A DNA stretch of 64,000 nucleotides, from the NCBI GenBank assembly GCA_964016885.1, contig OZ024742.1, forward strand, positions 151,342,001-151,406,000, given 5' to 3'. Under the pieces are notes generated by a model. That model saw nothing but the letters and a program-made list of their open reading frames with translations. It made no database searches and was not told the DNA's origin. Within the stretch, counting starts at the first letter, position 1. Every line of letters starts with the position of its first letter. This stretch comes from Eledone cirrhosa. Taxonomy: Eukaryota. Of this stretch, positions 13,453 to 29,261 are shown in pieces. Both the position numbers and the translations under genes were made by a program.

Positions 13453-14589
13453 AACAATAACGGTTAAAGCCACTGTTTCAATTCCTACGTATTGAAAGAG
13501 CTTATTGCATTGAGAAAGCCACTAATGCTATAGTATCTCGTTTCACCAAACTATAATAATTGATTCGAATGATTAATCAAGAAAAACAGTTCTTTTTTTA
13601 ACCCTTTTATTTGATCTCTTTTATTTAATTTAACTTCTTGTCTTTCCTAATTCTTTCTTTTATCTTGAAGGATGTTCTAAAATCTTTCCCAAGTCTGTCA
13701 GTCGGATTCGTATTTTTGTTAGTTTTCTAACCAACAATTTCTTATGCCATGATTTCTCTTCAATACACAAATTACTGTCTGTTCTTTGGATACAGGAGTA
13801 TTATGCTTTCACAGTCTATTTATCAATTAGCTTAGCATTCATTAAATAAATCTACACCACATTGCATTAGTTTTATTGTAATTAATGTTTTTTTTTGTAC
13901 ATTATTTTTTCTATGTAGTAATGTTATGTTAACATCATGTAGTGTAAACAATAAGAGATGATGATTTATACACTATTTTTCTGGTTTGTTATTCATTTTA
14001 ACCTTTATTATTTTCCTCTCATTTAAGTTTCTTCCTTTAGACATATTTGCTACTCATTCTTCGGGTTCGATAAAATTGAATACCAATCATTTACTGAGAT
14101 CAGAAGAATAGACTTTACTCAGTCTTTACTGCTGCCTCAAAATTTAGTCAGGTGCCCTCTAGGTGACTAGAAAGCGATAATTATCGATTAATTAGGTGAC
14201 GATGAAAATATTTTTACTTTTGTCACATTTCTTTAACGAAGTCATTAACGACTAATCCAAGAAAAGGAAGGGAGTAATGTTTCTTGTTTGACTTCCAGGC
14301 CTGTCTATTTTAAGTAAACATATGAAAGGAAAGGGAGAAGTGGAGGAAAGTGGGATGGGGTAAGGGGAGGGAGAGGAAGAGGGAGCGGGAGAGAGAGGGA
14401 GAGAAATGGAGAGTGGGAAAGAGAGAGGGAGTGTGAGGGAACGAGAAAGAAAGAAAGAGAGGTAAAGAGAGAGAGAAATAGAGGGGGGGGGGAGAGCGGG
14501 GTAGTGGGAGATGAAGAACGTGGAAATGAAGGAGTTGTTGCAAGAGAACAAACTAACGTTTAAATTGAATAACAACAACAACAACAGCA

Positions 14590-14846
14590 ATAATTGTTTC
14601 TACTTTAGGCACAAGGCCAGCAATTTGAAGGTGTGTGCGTGTGTGTGTGTGTGTGTGGGGGGGGGGGGGGGGAGGGTCGATTAAATCAACCCCAGTGCAT
14701 TATTGGTGCTTTATTTTATCAATACCTTAAAGATGAAAGCCAAAGCTAACCTCGGTGGGATTTGAACTTAGGCTGTAAAGGGGCGTAACTCTATTTTGCA
14801 AAATATGGTGTCCGATTCTCTACTGATACTGTGAATCCATCGCCCT
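14590..14846 (-). mobile_element. SINE-1 with internal (GT)n/poly-G expansion
   Basis: AATTGTTTCTACTTTAGGCACAAGGCCAGC...GGATTTGAACTTAG. Confidence 0.8.
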
Positions 14847-14879
14847 AATAATAGTAATAATAATATTAATAATAATAGA

Positions 14880-15255
14880 TTCTTTATTGCCCACGTATGG
14901 CTCACATGAAAAAAACATTAACGACGACACAGAACGATACAGGGCGGCACAGGAGGGTACAGTGAGGGTTTTAGTGTGTAAAAACGTATTAACAAAAACG
15001 AGGAAAGCGAAGAAAATTCAAAGATAAATTCCCCAATGGGGAGGGGGCTTCCTAGAGTCACATATGAAGAAAGCCTACAAAAAAGCCATAGTTACCTTGG
15101 CCTCTAAGGCAAGTGCCCTCTCCCACTCTTCCCGGCTGACGGTACTTCCATGTCTGTAAAGTTTATCTCGAACTGGCAATGTTACCCGGAAGTACTGCCA
15201 GGCCAGGGATTTTGGGAATTCATCCATGAGCTCTGGACTAAAGTTTCCCGGAAAA
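14880..15255 (-). mobile_element. Degenerate 3' end of an L1/Tx1-like LINE
   Basis: Similar to 62560-62680 (TCTCGAACTGG...CTGCCAGGCCAGGGA.TTT.G.AA.T..TCCAT); 3' terminus GCAATAAAGAA on the minus strand. Confidence 0.6.
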
Positions 15256-15321
15256 GATTGGCTAGTTGATTATTGTCGACACCCAGAATTTCCCCAAGAA
15301 CGTTGTCGCTTTTATCTTCAA

Positions 15322-16165
15322 CTAACTCTCTATAGAACGCCAATGTGAAGTTTCCACCGTCTGCCTGGCGATTCTTTCCTGAGGTATTCTTGCCACATGC
15401 CCATAGTATCGGAGCTGTGATCTCTTAATTCGGAGAAGTAGCGGCTCTACCTGGAGTGACTCTCTGATCTCCAAGCTACGCATTCTATCGAGTAACGTTA
15501 CTCCAAAGGCCCTTTGAAGGAACCCATTTCGGCTGCTAGTATTCACGATCCTGTTCTTTCAGTCATTATCCAAGATTCATGACCATAGGTAAGGGCTGGC
15601 ACGAATACCGAATTGAAGACAGCGAGTTTGGCTTTTACACCTACCTCCCTTCTTCTGATTACAGAATGCTAAAGTTGGCGCATTATTGCATGTGAGTTCA
15701 AATCCGGCCGAGGTTAACTTTGCCTTTCATCCTTACGGGGTCGATAAAATAAAGTACCAGTAATGTACTGGGTAATTGCTGGCCTTGTGCCTAAAATAGA
15801 AACAATTATTGCATCAGTTTCTGCAATTCTTGCATTAATTCAGCCTCCTTCCATAATTCGTGAACACGGCCCCGAGATACTTGAACTTCTCCATCTGGTT
15901 CACTGGAACTTCATTTACACGTAGAGTGCACTGCGTAGGCTTCCTTGAGAGGACGAGTCTTCACATCAATGATCTTCATTCCAGTCGTGCTGCACTCAGT
16001 ATCCAACCTATCAAGTGCATGTTGGAGGTTCCCTTCTGACGAGTTAAACAATACTATGTCGTTTGCAAATTCCAGTCGACTGATTCTACGCCCGCCGGTT
16101 ATGATACCACTTCTAGGCTGGCTGCGCACGTCAATCCTGTTCATGAAAATTATGAACAGGTTCGC
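15322..16165 (-). mobile_element. RTE-clade LINE RT fragment
   Basis: ISRLEFANDIVL..SSEGNLQHALDRL...GMKI..KT and RSLEIRESLQVEPLLLRIKRSQLRYYGHVARIPQER. Confidence 0.85.
15692..15804 (+). mobile_element. 5'-truncated SINE-1 inserted in the RTE with 10-bp TSD
   Basis: ATTATTGCAT at 15682-15691 and 15805-15814. Confidence 0.85.
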
Positions 16166-16809
16166 TTAAATTGCTGGCCTTGTGCTTAAAGTAGAAATCA
16201 TTATAAATCTAAACATGATTGTGAATGACAATGCATTTACATAATGTAATAATTTTAATAACTTTGACAGAACAGCATTCATAACTGAAGTAGAAAGACA
16301 GCATGGCTTATGAATAAATAGCAGCAGTAACCAGCCTTGTCCGACTCTAATAACACCTAAAATAAATACAATAACATGAGCTATTTATATTTTGAATAGA
16401 TGCTGACAATCTTCAGTAGATCCTGGAATGTTCATTCACTCAGGATTGTTGTATCAAAGCCATCTAGAATGATGGTTCAAGTTGAGTTTCATAAAGAAAT
16501 ATTGCAAAATACTTTACTAATTCACATAATTACTCTAAATGAAATTTGAAATTTGTGCGCCCCAATGCAGAAATAGCCATAGTAAAAATAGTCAATCACT
16601 ATAAATAATAGTTGAGAAAATCAGGTAAGGTACGCGTAGCAGCGTAAAAAAATGGAGAAAGACAGCTGCGGGAATGGAATCTCGTACTCACCCCACATCC
16701 GAAATATTCGTAACAGGCGCCTCTTGTTAACATTTTATCGTTTCCAAGAATATTCTCTCAGATTTTCTCAGCTATTATTCATAGGGATCGACTATTATTA
16801 TCATCATTA

Positions 16810-16962
16810 GAGGGCAATAAACTGGAAGAATCGTCCGTCGGATAGAATGCTTGGTCGTATTTGTTCCGACTCCTTACATTCTGACTTCAAATTACGTCGA
16901 GGTCAACTTTGCTTTTCATCCTTCCGGGTTTAATAAAATAATGTACCAGTCAAATACTGGGC
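16810..16962 (+). mobile_element. Degenerate SINE-1
   Basis: CTGACTTCAAATTACGTCGAGGTCAACTTTGCTTTTCATCCTT. Confidence 0.7.
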
Positions 16963-17339
16963 CTTTACCTTGATCATTTGCAATGGAGTGCACACATTTG
17001 AAATTTCCAATTATCCCAATGCTACTTTAGTGAACGGTTATCTAAATGAAATATACTTCTATTATATAAATGTTTCCTATGATTTTTTGTAGTTTACAAT
17101 ATTCATATTTTTTCTATCAGAAATTAAACTGAACAAATTTCGGAAAACGTTAAACCACCAACAATCATTTGGAAACGATGTGACTCTTTTCAAAATGTTA
17201 TCTACCTTGGTGGTGGGTTATGGCCCACAACTTGGAACATACACACATATGCATACTCTGATATACATACATACATACATACATACATATACATACATAC
17301 ATACATACATACATACATACATACATACATACATACATA

Positions 17340-17765
17340 CATGCATGCATAGATACATACATGGTGGTTGCCAACTCGTTTTCGAGTACGGCCACTACTT
17401 TATATTCATGTAGAAGAACCCCTACCGATGCGCTGAACGAGTGTGACTTTTTAGTCCAGCCAGCGACTTGAAAACTCTGGTACAAACACTACACTTGTGA
17501 CAATTATTGACACATAGTGCTGGGCCCATGGTACCATGTGACGACAAGTGCAGAGAGATCTCCAGATATAAAGCAATGCCTGTGCCGTGAAGCTTTTATA
17601 GTGAGCAAAGGCACTGCACAAAGCCAGTCCCACTCTTTTATTCAAGATGATATTTACCAAAAAGAAGAACAAGTCAACTTCATTGGATACCATCAGGGTT
17701 GCAGGTGTTATACCAGAGTTTTCCTTCTCCTAGAATTCTGCCTTGACAAAGGCTAAGGGGTCATC
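17340..17765 (-). mobile_element. Interspersed repeat (RTE-5'UTR-like non-autonomous element), second copy at 43255-43575
   Basis: Shared blocks TCGAGTACGGCCA, AGCCA.TCCCACTCT and CCTTCTCCTAG.....GCC.TGACAAAGGCTA.GGG; both copies abut (CATA)n. Confidence 0.5.
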
Positions 17766-17837
17766 TTATATACATACATACATACATACATACATACATA
17801 CATACATACATACATACATACATACATACATACATAC

Positions 17838-18420
17838 CTTTACAAAAGATCAGGTTGAGAACAATTGGAGATCTGTATGGAAAATAAATGGTGAATTCAA
17901 CAAACAAACTGCATAGCTAAAAGACCTGGAGCAAGACCACTGCTAGCGTGTCCAGCCAACACAATATGAAAGAGACAACGCAATACTGAAAACAGTTCTA
18001 CAGAAAATGTCAAATAAGAAATCCCGAGGTCTAGAGTTCAAAACAAGTCACCGGGTAAAGAATTTCACCTTTTATCGGCGAGATCTCATACGTTTGTATG
18101 GAGAATGTATCAAGCACGCACATTAAATATCCCAATGGTTATCAACTGTCATTACACTCCTCACTCCTCAAAATAGCCAAACCACCCATGCTAAAATTTA
18201 CTTCACGATAACCTGCCAGATCATCATGAACAAATTATACACTGGATGCCTTAATCTGTTCTTGCAGTAAACTTGACTGTAGCGTGGCTGAGCTACCAGA
18301 AGGCTTTTGATAGTTTACCGCATGGGTGCATTATCAAGACTTTGCAGTTAGCCAACAGTCGAATGCCTTACCAAGACTTGCTTCACCACTTTTCTCCTTA
18401 GGGGGTGACAAGAGGCAAAT
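17838..18420 (+). mobile_element. Degenerate internally deleted fragment of the R4/Dong-like LINE
   Basis: CAAAAGATCAGGTTGAGAACAATTGGAGATCTGTATGG matches the reverse complement of ~52605-52645; later GCTTTTGATAGT (AFDS). Confidence 0.75.
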
Positions 18421-18650
18421 ATTTAACGTTGCTCCAGTCCACTAAGCTGGCAAAAATGAGTTGTATCTGAATCTCCCTGAGATCTACGTTAAGAGTATCA
18501 GTGTTTGTGGAGATACCTTGTCCTATAATGGAATCAAGAGGAACACCCATCGTACCCAACATATTCAAATGCTAAAAAGAAAGTCTGAATGAAGTGACTG
18601 CAGATTTCTCATTAGTTCTCCATAGATGTTTTCATGCCTCCCTCCTTATC

Positions 18651-18738
<88 letters not shown>

Positions 18739-19334
18739 CGGTGGAAACCCGTAAGAACTTTTTAAAGTTTAACATGTATTTTTTGTCGTTGTTGTTTAAA
18801 TTGCTATGATGGAAACTTGTTAGAATTCACATTTTTCTTTATATGAAGAATCCAAAGAATTTCACTTTGATTTCAAACAAAGGGCATGCAAGCGACGATT
18901 TCAAAGAATTTAAAAAACAAGAAAGACAATAGCCGGGATCAAAGTATAAATGAACTTGAATTATTGGAGAAAGAACGTATCGCCATAATTCATATTTTAC
19001 AGATAGTCATAATATAAACATCGGTAAGATCTTAACATTTCAAGGTTATTGGTTGCGAAAACGATGAAAAGAATCATACACTAAAAAAAAAACAACAAAA
19101 CAAAAAACAAAAAGAAAACAAAAACAACAAAAAAGAAAAACAAAACAAAACAAAACAAAAATAAAATAGAATACAAGAAAGCGATAAACAAACAAGATGA
19201 CCTTTTCTTTTCTTCTTTTGATAAATGTTCTTTACAACACTACCATCGAAAAAGATCTGTCAAAATAAAGACAAAAGATATAATAGAAAGAAAGCACACA
19301 CACTGGCACATAAACACACACACACGCGCAAATG

Positions 19335-19381
<47 letters not shown>

Positions 19382-19533
19382 TTTGTATATTTTGTGATAG
19401 AAATAATATAAGTATTCAATACATTTTTATATTTGAAAGGGATTAGTGTCTGATATATGTGTTGTCATATACATATGGACGATGATTACATAGGCCTGGA
19501 CTTTTGGCACCTTTTGGCTGTTTGCACTCATCA

Positions 19534-19576
<43 letters not shown>

Positions 19577-19580
<4 letters not shown>

Positions 19581-20290
19581 TATGTATGTATACGTACATA
19601 CATATATGTATACAGACGTACAGTAGCATGCATATATATATATATATATACATATATACATACAGGTACACATACATATATGTACGCATCAGTTTAGCGG
19701 ACGCTTATTATAGCGCCCGCTTTGTTCGTTTGTAAACAAACTGAACAGCCTGAATTTATGCCGCACGGTGTTAAGGCAACCACGTCACCTTTTTGTTCAA
19801 CACTGACACAGGAACGATGTACTAGTTTCAAGCTTGTTAGCTATCATCAGCACCGTATACCCATCTGCCAGATAGTTGAACGTTCGAAAGTATATACTTT
19901 CCTTATGAAAATTAACGGCTGAGCAGCCTAATTTGCATATCTGGCAGATGGGTATACGGTGCTGATGATAGCTAACAAGCTTGAAACTAGTACATCGTTC
20001 CTGTGTCAGTGTTGAACAAAAAGGTGACGTGGTTGCCTTAACACCGTGCGGCATAAATTCAGGCTGTTCAGTTTGTTTACAAACGAACAAAGCGGGCGCT
20101 ATAATAAGCGTCCGCTAAACTGATGCGTACATATATGTATGTGTACCTGTATGTATATATGTATATATATATATATATATATGCATGCTACTGTACGTCT
20201 GTATACATATATGTATGTACGTATACATACATACTTACATTTAAGTAAGTGCCGTACTAAGAGTGAGAAATGAAATTTCGTTTTCATTTT
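19577..20290. mobile_element. Near-perfect ~298-bp fold-back element (arms 19577-19874 / 19938-20237) with a hammerhead in each arm
   Basis: The arms are reverse complements, including internal microsatellites; 63-bp spacer. The ORF track shows the same peptide on both strands. Confidence 0.9.
19957..19997 (+). ncRNA. Minimal type I hammerhead ribozyme (mirror copy 19815-19855, minus)
   Basis: CGGTG-CTGATGA-T AGCT AACA AGCT T-GAAA-CTAG-TA-CATCG: intact core and palindromic helix III. Confidence 0.85.
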
Positions 20291-20302
20291 ATTAGTAGAA
20301 TC

Positions 20303-20831
20303 GTTCAGTAGAATCGAAGCTCTGGCTGCGACCAAGCTAACGAATGTAATCCGGAATGTCAGCTAAGCACTCAATCAGGTAGTGTCACCTTAGAGTAATA
20401 ACATACGTTTAGACAGCTTCACAAATTGAAGACTGCCACCGGTGAACCGGCCGCAAGGACCAAAACCACGAGAAAACCAACTCGGGATAATTTGACAAAC
20501 CCGAGGATTCACTTTATCAACAGTGCCGCGGACGGGTGTAAATTATAGCAGTAAGGCTGCTGGCGGTCACGTGGTTTTCCCAAAGGGAGGTAATTCAAAT
20601 TTTGAACAAAGGAATCAATTCCTTTCCACAAACCGAATAAAGCTCCCGACCAGACGTTATTAAACAAACATAAATAATTAACCAATCAATAGAAGTGTCT
20701 AATTAAATTAATTAATTAATCATTAAGATAATAATACAAATGGAAGTTCAGTAGAATCGAAGCTCTCGCTGCGACCAAGCTAACGAATGCAATCTGGAAT
20801 GTGCAGCTAACCACTCAATAAGGTAGTTTCA

Positions 20832-20834
<3 letters not shown>
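20303..20834. mobile_element. Non-coding element with ~88-bp terminal direct repeats (period ~443), ending at (AT)n
   Basis: GTTCAGTAGAATCGAAGCTCT...CACCT at 20303-20390 and 20746-20834. Confidence 0.65.
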
Positions 20835-20880
<46 letters not shown>

Positions 20881-20883
<3 letters not shown>

Positions 20884-21823
20884 TAATTTAATATATCAAC
20901 TAACATAAGCGCACAGATGCACGCCCATGCCAGCAAATACACAGGTTATGTCATAGTACCTAGGTGGTTCAATGCAGGAGGATGCAGAACAATAATATAA
21001 AAGACGTAAAATAAGAAAATATTTTTTAAAAAAATTTTAAAATAATTTTTTACTTACTTAAATTTTCACTCCAACTAATTAGTTTCTGCAATGGGATAAA
21101 GACAGTTACGTAATCCAACTGTCGAGAATTCATTGCGTCATTAGGGAGTCTATTCTCAGCTAAGTCTCCAAGCAATGCGCGGACACTGGGGACTCATATA
21201 AAAATAATAATAATTCGGTAAATGGAACAGCTAGCGGGGACTGAATTCCATGCACTGAAAATCTCGCTGTCGGTGGTCAAATGGCAGATTCTAAAGAATC
21301 AATCACGTGACACAGAGGCTAGTCGATAGGAGTGGGATGGTAAGATGACAGAAGCCTACTAACACACCAATAAATTAGTGTTGGTTTTGGCAGGTTTGCA
21401 GGGAGTTTATTCTCAGCTAAGTCTCCAGGCAATGCGCGGACACTGGCGGCTCATATAAAAATAATAATAATTCGGTAGATAGAACAGCTGGCGAGGACTG
21501 GATTCTATGTACTGAAATTCTCACCGCTTCAAGTCAAATGGCCGATTCTAAAGAATCAATCACGTGACACAGAGGCTAGTTAGAAGGAATGGGATGGTAA
21601 GATGACTGACGCCTACTAACACCCCCCCCAAAAAAAATTTATATATATATGGAGACTTAGCTGAGAATAGACTCCCTGATGACGCAATGAATTCTCGACA
21701 GTTGGATTACGTAACTGTCTTTATCCCATTGCAGAAACTAATTAGTTGGAGTGAAAATTTAAGTAAGTAAAAAATTAAAAAAATTTTTTTAAAAAAAATA
21801 TTTTCTTATTTTACGTCTTTTCT
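20881..21823. mobile_element. Retrozyme-like family D, copy 1: minus-strand partial tandem plus inverted plus-strand arm
   Basis: 21143-21367 is repeated (diverged) at 21400-21623; 21651-21820 is the inverse of ~20998-21168; homologous to 23037-23628. Confidence 0.85.
21671..21752 (+). ncRNA. Type I hammerhead ribozyme with extended helix II (family D)
   Basis: ACTCC-CTGATGA-CGCAATG...GACAGTT..AACTGTC...CATTGCA-GAAA-CTAATTAG-TT-GGAGT. Copies at 21068-21149 (-) and 23494-23574 (+) have CTAATGA. Confidence 0.85.
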
Positions 21824-21869
21824 ATATATATATATATATATATATATACGTGTGTGTATATATGTATAA

Positions 21870-21961
<92 letters not shown>

Positions 21962-22287
21962 CATGAGAAGAAAGAAGAATACTGCGTGGTTGCACATAGG
22001 TTACATATGATAAAAATAGTCCTTCGTCAGTGATTTTCCAACCATCATTGGTATTTCATCGCATTAAAAATCAGATACCTCAGGTTGGTGCGAGCAATAA
22101 CTAAAAAAAGTTATTGGGACCAGTAAATCGCGTAAAGCGAGGGGGACAAGTGAACAATATAGAAGGATAAAAGCAAACCAAAGAAAGGAAATAAACAAGC
22201 AACTTGGTAGTCCTGGTCAGCATAGGCTGGGTGGATTTCATGAGCGAAAGGTACAGACACGTCCAGCGTGAGTGGGATGTAAGCAAG

Positions 22288-23026
<739 letters not shown>

Positions 23027-23036
23027 CGTGTGTGTT

Positions 23037-25001
<1,965 letters not shown>

Positions 25002-25035
25002 TATATATATGTATATATATATGTATATATATATA

Positions 25036-25545
25036 GTTTTAATATAGATGAGATTCTACAGGACTAGAACTGTTTCATTCTTTAGAAATCATCAGGAATC
25101 TGGCAGTCCAAAATAAATGTTGTGGTATTTATATTTTTTCTGGTGGTAGGAGAGGGTGGGGAGTGGGATGGGTGGAGGTCATTGGTTGAAAGAAAAGGGA
25201 ATTCATTAAGCCAATTCTTTAAGGCTATAATTTATATTTAGAGTGACAAAGGCCGAAAGAATTCTATAAACAAGTTCAGAATGGGGTGCCACTCCTTATT
25301 TTTAAGTTTCTCTTAATCTAACAATGCCTATATTTCAGGTTTCAGGTGTCTATAAGATGGTTGGAGATCGGTCATGGTTGATGGATTTAAAGAAAAGGGA
25401 AATTCTTTAAAAGCTAATTCTTTAAAACTCTACTTAGAGTGACAAAGGCCAAGAGAATTCTATAAACCAGTTCAAATATTGGGTGCCTATCATTATTGTC
25501 AAGTTTCTCTCAAGCTATATTTCAGGTGTCAACAGACACATTCAC
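25036..25545 (-). mobile_element. Hammerhead-bearing repeat with internal partial duplication; related fragment at ~27005-27142 (opposite strand)
   Basis: TTAGAGTGACAAAGGCC..AGAATTCTATAAAC is repeated at ~25238 and ~25435; flanked by microsatellites. Confidence 0.65.
25051..25101 (-). ncRNA. Type I hammerhead ribozyme
   Basis: Reverse complement: AGATTC-CTGATGA-TTTC TAAA GAAT-GAAA-CAG TTCTAGTC CTG-TA-GAATCT. Confidence 0.85.
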
Positions 25546-25551
25546 ATACAT

Positions 25552-25924
<373 letters not shown>

Positions 25925-25929
<5 letters not shown>

Positions 25930-26112
25930 AACCAGTAAGACCCCGACAGCTGAGCTCAAGCCGTTTCGACGGCTAATTCTGAATTAGCCGTCGAAACGGC
26001 TTGAGCTCAGCTGTCGGGGTCTTACTGGTTCCTATTACCCACTCTACTACCTCAAGTATTGAGTACTTTGGTGCGTTATGGTCCACCTGGTTCCTTACCA
26101 CATTTCCCTCGT
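25925..26112. repeat. Perfect 55-bp-arm palindrome (centre 25980) plus ~75-nt tail between (AT)n tracts
   Basis: 25925-25979 is the exact reverse complement of 25981-26035. Confidence 0.9.
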
Positions 26113-26144
<32 letters not shown>

Positions 26145-26553
26145 TACACATATACAAAGATATACAAGCACATCTACACATATATACACATATACATAAA
26201 TACATAAATACACATACACAAATATATATATATATACACATATACACATACTTATACATATACATATACATATATATACAGACATATACATATATATATA
26301 CATATATACATATATGCATATATACATATATACATATATACATACATATATATATATACATATATATACATACATATACATATACAAATATCTTTCACAA
26401 AGAGAACTGTATTACAGTGAGATATGGTTATATGTGTGTATATGTATGTATACGTATGCGTGTGTGTATATATGTATGTATATGTATGTGTGTGTTTGTA
26501 CGTATGTGTGTATGTATGTGTGTATATGTATATGTGTATGTATATATATGTGT

Positions 26554-26586
<33 letters not shown>

Positions 26587-26630
26587 CACATACACATACA
26601 CACACACATACATATACATATATTTATATG

Positions 26631-26661
<31 letters not shown>

Positions 26662-26800
26662 TCACACAAACATACTCATACATGGCAATATGGAGGTACA
26701 TATGAGCGCACGTACACACAACGATACGCATACAAATGAACGGCCACTCATACACATACATACATACATGTACTCATAGATATACGCATATACACAGGCA
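26113..26800. repeat. Complex purine/pyrimidine-alternating microsatellite with strand-polarity switches
   Basis: CA/TA-rich, then TG/TA-rich, then CA/TA-rich blocks. Confidence 0.85.
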
Positions 26801-27589
26801 CATAAAACAGCTCTACAAGCAGAAAATGCAGATAGGTAAGAGGTACTTACATAACCATAGTGCCGTGTTTCAGGTCGAGAAGGGGTAGGGGTAGGGTGGG
26901 AAGGAGGTAGGGGGCTATTTTGTCGGGTGGCGCTTAAAAAAAAAAGGGGGTGGTTTACACTGGCTTAAGGTATTTGAAAGTTGCAAAGTTTTTGTAACTT
27001 TTTTTCTAAGTAGAGCTTTAAAGAATTATCTTTTAAAGAATTTCCCTTTTCTTTAAATCCATCAAACATGACCGATCCCCAACCATCGTATAGACACCTG
27101 AAATATAGGCATTGTTAGCTTAAGAGAAACTTAAAAATAAGTAAAATTCGGACCAATCTAAAACTGCAACAAACAATCACACATACACTCTCATACACAC
27201 TCACACACACTCGCAGATACACTCACATACATATACTAAGACAGACACACACAGACATACATTCTAGCACACCTGTCTGTCATCACATATGTATCTGTAT
27301 GAGTATACGTGTGTGTTTAATTGTCTTATGTATGTCTATATGTGTGTGTTTGTTTAATTGTCTTATGTATGTGTATATGTGTGTGTGTGTGTTTAATTGT
27401 CTTATGTATGTATAGATGTGTGTGTGTGTGTGTGTGTTTAATTGTCTGAGGCCTAATGTACGTAACAAACTCGCAAACACACATACACTCACAGACACAC
27501 TCATATACAATGTGACGCCATCGTAGTCGTGGTGGTGGTGGTGATTTACTATAGGTCACTATAGAAAGGTTATTTTAGATAAAATATTA

Positions 27590-27742
27590 TATAGTTTTAA
27601 AGCAAAATAAAATAAAAATTACATGTTGACACTCCCGGGGTTTAATACTATTACCTAGTAAAATTTGATTTGATTTGGTCCAGCCGTTTGAAAATGTATA
27701 GGAACAGATGGACAGACAGACAGAGAGACAAATAATTTTATA
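27590..27742 (+). mobile_element. Possible Helentron/Helitron-associated non-autonomous element end
   Basis: AAATTTG...TTGGTCCAGCCGTTT...(ACAG)n...TTTTATA organisation. Confidence 0.35.
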
Positions 27743-27766
27743 CACACACACACACGCCAACACATA

Positions 27767-27826
<60 letters not shown>

Positions 27827-27913
27827 ACTCTCTCTCACTCTCACTCTCTCACTCTCTCTCTCTCTCTCACCCTCTCTCTCTCTCTCTATCTCTCTCTCTC
27901 ACTCTCACTCTCA

Positions 27914-27963
<50 letters not shown>

Positions 27964-28052
27964 TAATTTTTGCTCTACGGTTCTTATATATTTGATATAT
28001 ATTTATCCTTATCGAGCCCTCTTTGGATTTTAGTCTTCAAATTTATTATTAT

Positions 28053-28124
<72 letters not shown>

Positions 28125-28245
28125 ATATAAAGGAGAGATGTTTCTTGGTTGGTTGGTTTGTTGGTTGGCTGGCTTAATCACCCGAAAATTACACACACAC
28201 ACACGTACGTATATAGACACACACATCTAAAGAGAGAGAAAGAGA

Positions 28246-28277
<32 letters not shown>

Positions 28278-28305
28278 AAGAAAGATATATATATATTATT
28301 ATTAT

Positions 28306-28337
<32 letters not shown>

Positions 28338-28445
28338 TCTGCGCGTTCTTGATTGTTCATGACCCGTGTCTCTAATTGCGTCAGTGAAGATTTGTGTGTG
28401 CGTGTGGCGTCCCACAAAAGATCAAAGTATCAGTAGGGTTGTCGT

Positions 28446-28519
<74 letters not shown>

Positions 28520-28562
28520 GGCTGGTTGGTTGGTTTAATCCCACGAAAATTACACACACATC

Positions 28563-28603
<41 letters not shown>

Positions 28604-28725
28604 GGGAGAGGCAGAGAGAAAGTGAGATAGGCCATACAGAGAGAGAGGTACAATTAAAGTGTTATATATATATATATAGAGAGAGAGAGAAATTGCCAAT
28701 GAACGTTGGTTTGCGTCAGTGAAGA

Positions 28726-28852
<127 letters not shown>

Positions 28853-29261
28853 CGTTCCACAATATATCAAAGTATCAGTAGGTTTGTCGTTTTACACCAG
28901 TTATTCAAAGTTAAGTGATACTAACTACAACACAAACCTAGTTTACAGAACACAGAAAAAAATTGATACTATTTGAAATTAATCTACGGTTTATATTAAT
29001 TCAGCCTTTTTGAGGATAGAGTGATATTATTATTGACTTAATTCAGATGACAGGGTGTCAACCTATTCTCTAAGGATGCGATTTGCATTTATTTCTATTT
29101 TTTTATATTGCTTTGTTGTTTTGTATTGTTTGTATTGTTTTCACGATATTTTCCAAGAAAATTAATTTCATCATGTCACAAAAACACCGCTCATCTATCG
29201 GTGTATTTACAATGTCCGCCAAACGGTTGAGATCTCCAAGCGAAAGAGAAATTCAGAGATG

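Noticed and set aside
19500-19540. CTGATGA on the minus strand (also on the plus strand at ~59552)
   Set aside because: There is no helix II closed by GAAA and no helix I partner.
19722-20090. Identical 52-aa peptide encoded on both strands
   Set aside because: This is a trivial consequence of the perfect inverted repeat.
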